Assembly: GCA_037446635.1 (NCBI GenBank)
Contig: JBBIIG010000004.1
Location: forward strand, 44,186 to 108,185
Direction: 5' to 3'
Length of the DNA: 64,000 nt
From: a bacterium
GTDB taxonomy: Bacteria; Zhuqueibacterota; Zhuqueibacteria; Oceanimicrobiales; Oceanimicrobiaceae
Shown here: piece after piece, positions 59,666 through 64,000 of the stretch
How positions within the stretch are numbered: position 1 is the stretch's first letter
Layout of the letters: each line of letters starts with the position of its first letter
Translations under genes and position numbers: made by a program
The notes under the pieces: generated by a model
Told to the model about the DNA's origin: nothing
Database searches by the model: none
The model's input: only the letters and a program-made list of their open reading frames with translations

Positions 59666-61536
59666 CGATCCAATTCTCCTGCAATCATGTTAATGGAACC
59701 AAACGTCGGAATGATATCCGCCACCTGCGCGCCTTCAATCATTTTATGAAAGCCGGCCACAAATGCAAAGCACGGCGGCCGGCAGCGCACGCGATGGGCT
59801 TTGTCCGTGCCGTCGCTGACAATATAAAATCCCAGCTCACCGTTCGCGCCTTCGACCGCGTGGTACGCTTCTCCGCGCGGCGGACGAATGCCGTAGCCTT
59901 CCATAATCAGCATAAAATGATTCATCAGCCCCTCGATGCTGCCGTAGGTTTTTTCTTTCGCCGGCAGGGCTACTCGTTTATCATGAGTATAAACCTGATC
60001 GTGATAGGGCTTGTTGCTTCCCAGGAGCGTCGGGTCGGTCACCGCCACTTGATGCAGCAGGTCGTGGGTTTGTCCGAATTTGCCGAGGTCCGCCATTTTT
60101 TCGGCAGGAATTTCTTTGCCCTCGAAGTCCACCATCACCGCGCCGGCAGGCATCTTTTTGAAGGCCTGTTCGATGATGCGCATGCTCTGCTCCATCTCTT
60201 CCATGCGCACGAGATAGCGATCGTAGATATCGCCGTTTTCGCCAACTGGAATTTCAAAGTTGATCTGATCGTAATTGCAATACGGAAACGCCTTGCGTAT
60301 ATCGTATTCCACGCCGCAGGCCCGTAGCATGGGGCCGGTGAAGCTGAAAGAAATCGCGTCTTCTTTGGAAATCGCGCCCACGTGCTGCGTGCGATCAACA
60401 AAGATGCGGTTGCGGGTCAGCAGCTTGTGCACCTCTTTGATTTCATGGCGAACTTTTTTCAGCTTTTCGTGGACACGCTGCTCGAAGCCCGGCGGCAGGT
60501 CGCCTTTCACGCCGCCGACGCGTACATAGGAAATGGTAACGCGCGCGCCGGTGACTTCTTCGATCAGCTCGTACAAATATTCTCGTGCTTGCATAAAATA
60601 GAGAAACGCGGTCATCGCCCCCATCTCCATCGCCATGGCGCCAATGCAGGTGAGGTGATCCGCGATGCGGGAGATTTCGCTCATGATCATGCGAATGTAT
60701 TTGCAGCGCTCGGTCACCTCAATGCCCAACAATTTCTCAACGGTTTGCGCGTAGCCGACATTGTTGATGAGCGGCGAAACGTAATTCAAGCGGTCGGTGT
60801 ACGGGAACACGCCGTTGTAATAGATGTTCTCTGAATGCTTCTCAAACGAACGATGCAGATAACCGATTCCCAAATCCGAGTTGACTACTTTCTCGCCATC
60901 CAGCTCAAGAATAATTTTAATGACCCCATGCATCGCGGGATGCGATGGCCCCATGTTCAAAAACATGTGTTTCACCTTCAAACCATTTTCTTCGGAGACG
61001 TATTCGTCCATGGCCTTGTGCATCAAATCCAGCGAAGGCGAGGTGGTGCCGTTTTTGCTGAAGGTCGCCCCCACCAGCGGCTGGCGTTTGTTGATGGGAT
61101 AATCCTTGCGCAACGGGTGGCCCTTGAATTCGTCATACATCAATAGCCGTCGCAAATCGGGGTGCCCCTTGAAGCGGATGCCGAACATGTCCCACACTTC
61201 CCGCTCGTACCAGTTGGCAATCTGCCAGATGTCGGAGACGGTTGGCGCCTGCGGGTCGCGTTCATCCACGGGAACTTTGAGACGAAGACGTTGATTGTTT
61301 TTGAACGAGTGCAGATGATACACAACTTCAAAGCGCGGATCGCGGCCGAGGTAATCGACGCCTGCGAGATCCACCAGCATGTCAAATTTTAAATTGGGAT
61401 CGTCGCGCAAGAAGCGGCAAATGTCGCGAATGACGGCTTTATCAACCACCACCAAATCGTCGCCGCGATAGGTGTAGGCTTCGTAAAGGTGATCGGAAAA
61501 TTTATCTTGAAGAGCTTTGAAGATTTTTTGAGCCAT
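59662..61536 (-). CDS. nuoCD: NADH-quinone oxidoreductase fused subunit C/D
   Basis: ANWYERE...GHPLRKDYP followed by NMGPSHPAMHG, GYLHR, GELDR. Confidence 0.94.
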   Translation of the reverse strand: MAQKIFKALQDKFSDHLYEAYTYRGDDLVVVDKAVIRDICRFLRDDPNLKFDMLVDLAGVDYLGRDPRFEVVYHLHSFKNNQRLRLKVPVDERDPQAPTVSDIWQIANWYEREVWDMFGIRFKGHPDLRRLLMYDEFKGHPLRKDYPINKRQPLVGATFSKNGTTSPSLDLMHKAMDEYVSEENGLKVKHMFLNMGPSHPAMHGVIKIILELDGEKVVNSDLGIGYLHRSFEKHSENIYYNGVFPYTDRLNYVSPLINNVGYAQTVEKLLGIEVTERCKYIRMIMSEISRIADHLTCIGAMAMEMGAMTAFLYFMQAREYLYELIEEVTGARVTISYVRVGGVKGDLPPGFEQRVHEKLKKVRHEIKEVHKLLTRNRIFVDRTQHVGAISKEDAISFSFTGPMLRACGVEYDIRKAFPYCNYDQINFEIPVGENGDIYDRYLVRMEEMEQSMRIIEQAFKKMPAGAVMVDFEGKEIPAEKMADLGKFGQTHDLLHQVAVTDPTLLGSNKPYHDQVYTHDKRVALPAKEKTYGSIEGLMNHFMLIMEGYGIRPPRGEAYHAVEGANGELGFYIVSDGTDKAHRVRCRPPCFAFVAGFHKMIEGAQVADIIPTFGSINMIAGELDR

Positions 61537-62012
61537 TAATATTCGTGTTTCTGTTTTTGAATTTTTTCCTGCAGCAGCATGAGTCCTTGAATCACGGTTT
61601 CGGGTCGTGGGGGACAACCGGGAATATAAACATCCACTGGCACGATGGTATCGATGCCGATGACCGTGGAGTAATCGTCATAAAATCCACCCGTGCAGGT
61701 GCAGACGCCAAACGCGACAACGTATTTCGGCTCGCACATTTGATCGTAAACCCGCCGCAGCACCGGCGCAATTTTCTGGCTGACGGTGCCGACGCACATC
61801 AGCATGTCGGCCTGCCGCGGCGAGAAGCGCGGAAAGGCCGCGCCGAAGCGATCCAAATCGTAATGCGCCGAAGACACCGACATATATTCCATGCCGCAGC
61901 AGGCGGTGACGAACGGATACGGAAACAACGAATATTTTCTGGCCCAACCGATCGCTTCATCGAGCTTGGTGGTGACCATGTTGTCGCCGCCCAACAAATT
62001 TCTCAATCCCAT
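61536..62012 (-). CDS. nuoB: NADH-quinone oxidoreductase subunit B
   Basis: TACCGMEYM, SPRQAD, GCPPRPE. Confidence 0.94.
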   Translation of the reverse strand: MGLRNLLGGDNMVTTKLDEAIGWARKYSLFPYPFVTACCGMEYMSVSSAHYDLDRFGAAFPRFSPRQADMLMCVGTVSQKIAPVLRRVYDQMCEPKYVVAFGVCTCTGGFYDDYSTVIGIDTIVPVDVYIPGCPPRPETVIQGLMLLQEKIQKQKHEY

Positions 62013-62356
62013 TGCAACGCTCCTTTTTTCCAGGCATACGCCAATCCCAGCACTAACACGCCGATGAACAGCGCCATCGAGACGAAAGCAATCATTCCAA
62101 TTCCGCGAAACACCACCGCCCACGGAAAAAGAAAAATGATTTCGATGTCAAATAGGACGAACAAAATCGCGATGGTGTAAAACTTCACGGAAAATCGTTC
62201 GCCGGGGCGCGAGATTGGGATGTTGCCGCATTCAAAAATTTCTTCTTTCACCGGATTCTTTTTCTTCGGCCCGAGCCACTGGGAGAGGCCGAGCAAAATT
62301 GCCACGACTAACCCGGCGCCGAGAAACATGATTAAAACTGCGATGAGTTCATTCAT
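62003..62356 (-). CDS. nuoA: NADH-quinone oxidoreductase subunit A
   Basis: FECG, FVLFDIE, WKKGAL.W. Confidence 0.95.
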   Translation of the reverse strand: MNELIAVLIMFLGAGLVVAILLGLSQWLGPKKKNPVKEEIFECGNIPISRPGERFSVKFYTIAILFVLFDIEIIFLFPWAVVFRGIGMIAFVSMALFIGVLVLGLAYAWKKGALQWD

Positions 62357-62377
62357 AAGTCAGTAATCCTATAAAAA

Positions 62378-63352
62378 CTAATAACTTGCCAATTGGCGCA
62401 ACTGTTCGGTTATCTTCTCCACATTCGGCATAAAAAACTCCTCCAGCGGCGAGCTGTACGGCACGGGCGTATCAATGGAAGCGAGCCGGCGAATCGGCGC
62501 ATCCAAATACTCAAACGCCTCCTGGGAAATCACCGCCGCGATCTCCGCGCCGATGCCGCCGGTCAATGTCGCTTCGTGCACAATCAGCACTTTGTTCGTT
62601 TTCTTTACAGATTTCAAAATCAACTCTTTATCGAACGGCAGCAGCGACTGCAGGTCCAGCACTTCAACCTCGACGCCCTCTTTTGCCAAATTCTCCGCCG
62701 CTTCCAATGAGCGCATGACCATCGAACCGTAGGTGATCAGCGAAATATCTCTGCCCGATCTACGAATTTCCGCTTTTCCGATCGGCACAATGTAATCGTC
62801 ATCGGGTACCTCGTCTTTCAGATGCCGATACAGATACTTGTGCTCAAAATAAAGCACCGGATTATTATCTCGAATCGCGGCTTTGATCAACCCTTTGGCA
62901 TTGTACGGCGTCGAGGGCGCCACCAATTTCAACCCGGGCACGTGAAAAAACCACGCTTCCGGATTCTGCGAATGAAATGGACCCGCGTGCAAGCCGCCGC
63001 CCGACGGCAGCCGAATCACCATTGGCACCGCCGCTCCCCAGCGATAGTGGCACTTGGCGGCCATGTTCACAATCTGATTCCAGCCGCAGGAAACAAAATC
63101 CGCGAACTGCATCTCCGCCACCGGCCGCAATCCCATCATCGCCGCGCCCACCGCCACGCCGACGATCGCGGTTTCCGCGAGAATCGTGTCGATGACCCGC
63201 TCCTCGCCAAATTCTTTCAAAAAACCTTTGGTAACTTTGAACGCGCCGCCGTACTCACCGATGTCCTCACCCAAACAGAACACGCTTTCGTCGCGCTGCA
63301 TCTCTTCGCGCAGGCCTTTGGAGATGGCTTCGATGTAGGTGATGACACTCAT
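62378..63352 (-). CDS. 2-oxoacid (pyruvate/branched-chain) dehydrogenase E1 beta subunit
   Basis: GEDIG.YGGAF, AEMQFADF, HSQNPE, FEHK.LY. Confidence 0.94.
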   Translation of the reverse strand: MSVITYIEAISKGLREEMQRDESVFCLGEDIGEYGGAFKVTKGFLKEFGEERVIDTILAETAIVGVAVGAAMMGLRPVAEMQFADFVSCGWNQIVNMAAKCHYRWGAAVPMVIRLPSGGGLHAGPFHSQNPEAWFFHVPGLKLVAPSTPYNAKGLIKAAIRDNNPVLYFEHKYLYRHLKDEVPDDDYIVPIGKAEIRRSGRDISLITYGSMVMRSLEAAENLAKEGVEVEVLDLQSLLPFDKELILKSVKKTNKVLIVHEATLTGGIGAEIAAVISQEAFEYLDAPIRRLASIDTPVPYSSPLEEFFMPNVEKITEQLRQLASY

Positions 63353-63385
63353 TCGTGAGCTTTCGACGTCATTTTTTCGGGGGTC

Positions 63386-63414
63386 AATATAGGGAGTTTA
63401 GATAAAGAATTCAA
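63386..63414 (-). promoter_or_regulatory. Sigma70-type promoter upstream of E1 beta/nuo genes
   Basis: TTGAAT-17bp-TATATT. Confidence 0.55.
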
Positions 63415-63455
63415 CAGATTTTATGGGGTGATTTGTTTACAATTTCATGAAAAAA

Positions 63456-63736
63456 TGTCATTGCGAGGCGCTTTTTGCCTGCCCGCCAGAGGTTTTAGGC
63501 AGGCGGGCCGAAGCAATCTCCTGCGTCACCGAGGGGAGTGCTTCGCTGCAAAGCGCATCTGAGGACACAGGAGGTGTCATTTCGAACCTCGACGCTTTTA
63601 GTCGAGGTTCGAAATCTGGGGAAGCACAGATCAAGCTATGCCAATTTAATTCTGCATACATTCGCTGATACTAATCTCCGTCAGATTTCTCGACTCCGCT
63701 GCGCTCCGTCGCGAAATGACAGTAACCTCATCTGAG
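63456..63736. repeat. Nested cluster of palindromic elements
   Basis: TGTCATTGCGAG element interrupted by CCTGCCCGCC...GGCAGGCGGG. Then TGTCATTTCG...CGAAATGACA (63575-63721), bracketed by CATCTGAG direct repeats. Confidence 0.7.
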
Positions 63737-63772
63737 TTTTCGGTTTCCTCTTCGATGCAAATTCTCCCTTTT

Positions 63773-64000
63773 CTAACTCGCGTAAACCCCTTCCGCTGCC
63801 TCCTCCGGCGCCGGCAGCGGACTCTCCTCCGCCCACTTCTGTCCCTCATCGATTTCCAATTTTACGCGTTCCTGAATTTTCTCCAATTCACTTTTTGATG
63901 CGATTTTATTTTCGAACAAATACTTTTCGTGCATCATGATCGGATCGCGTTTCTCCCAATATTCGAAAAGCGCCTTCGGGACGTAAAACGCGTCGTCGTG
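63773..64000 (-). CDS. 2-oxoacid dehydrogenase E1 alpha subunit, C-terminal part (runs off the window)
   Basis: HDDAFYVPKALFEYWEKRDPI...AEESPLPAPEEAAEGVYAS*. Confidence 0.85.
   Translation of the reverse strand, partial: HDDAFYVPKALFEYWEKRDPIMMHEKYLFENKIASKSELEKIQERVKLEIDEGQKWAEESPLPAPEEAAEGVYAS

Noticed and set aside
1..64000. CRISPR array, rRNA or intact tRNA
   Set aside because: No regularly spaced direct repeats, rRNA-like stretch or cloverleaf was seen; the repeats are isolated palindromes

Overview
Bacterial chromosomal window with moderate-to-high GC. Two secreted proteins end in NYPNPFNP-type (T9SS/FlgD-like) sorting domains, which together with mcsA/mcsB suggests an FCB-related lineage such as KSB1/Calditrichota (inference, no search run). 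0-9 kb (+): kelch protein, membrane proteins, SDR, flavin monooxygenase, Ser/Thr kinase with a TolB-like propeller, and an amidase. 9-27 kb (mostly -): an OmpR-type two-component system with likely targets, assorted hydrolases, a TPR histidine kinase, aldehyde dehydrogenase, a GH2-like membrane protein, an NhaC antiporter, gamma-CA, a P1 peptidase and an OLD-like ATPase lacking TOPRIM. 28-38 kb (-): prfB (programmed +1 frameshift)-alr-TA remnant-lysS-lolE-lolD-mcsA-mcsB-clpC. 38-45 kb (-): esterase, dioxygenase, CDGSH protein and a modular alpha-amylase. 45-64 kb (-): 2-oxoacid dehydrogenase E1 alpha/beta, then complex I genes nuoA-B-CD-E-F-G-H-I, then a second divergent Q-module nuoB-C-I-D and an HdrD/FadF-like membrane Fe-S oxidoreductase. 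nuoJ-N are not in the window. This respiratory region carries five co-oriented toxin-antitoxin pairs and two genes with integron-cassette-like ends. One TA pair lies between two diverged copies of a host gene 3' end. Intergenic DNA holds many small palindromic elements, some nested inside each other. No CRISPR array, rRNA, intact tRNA, integrase or transposase was recognised.
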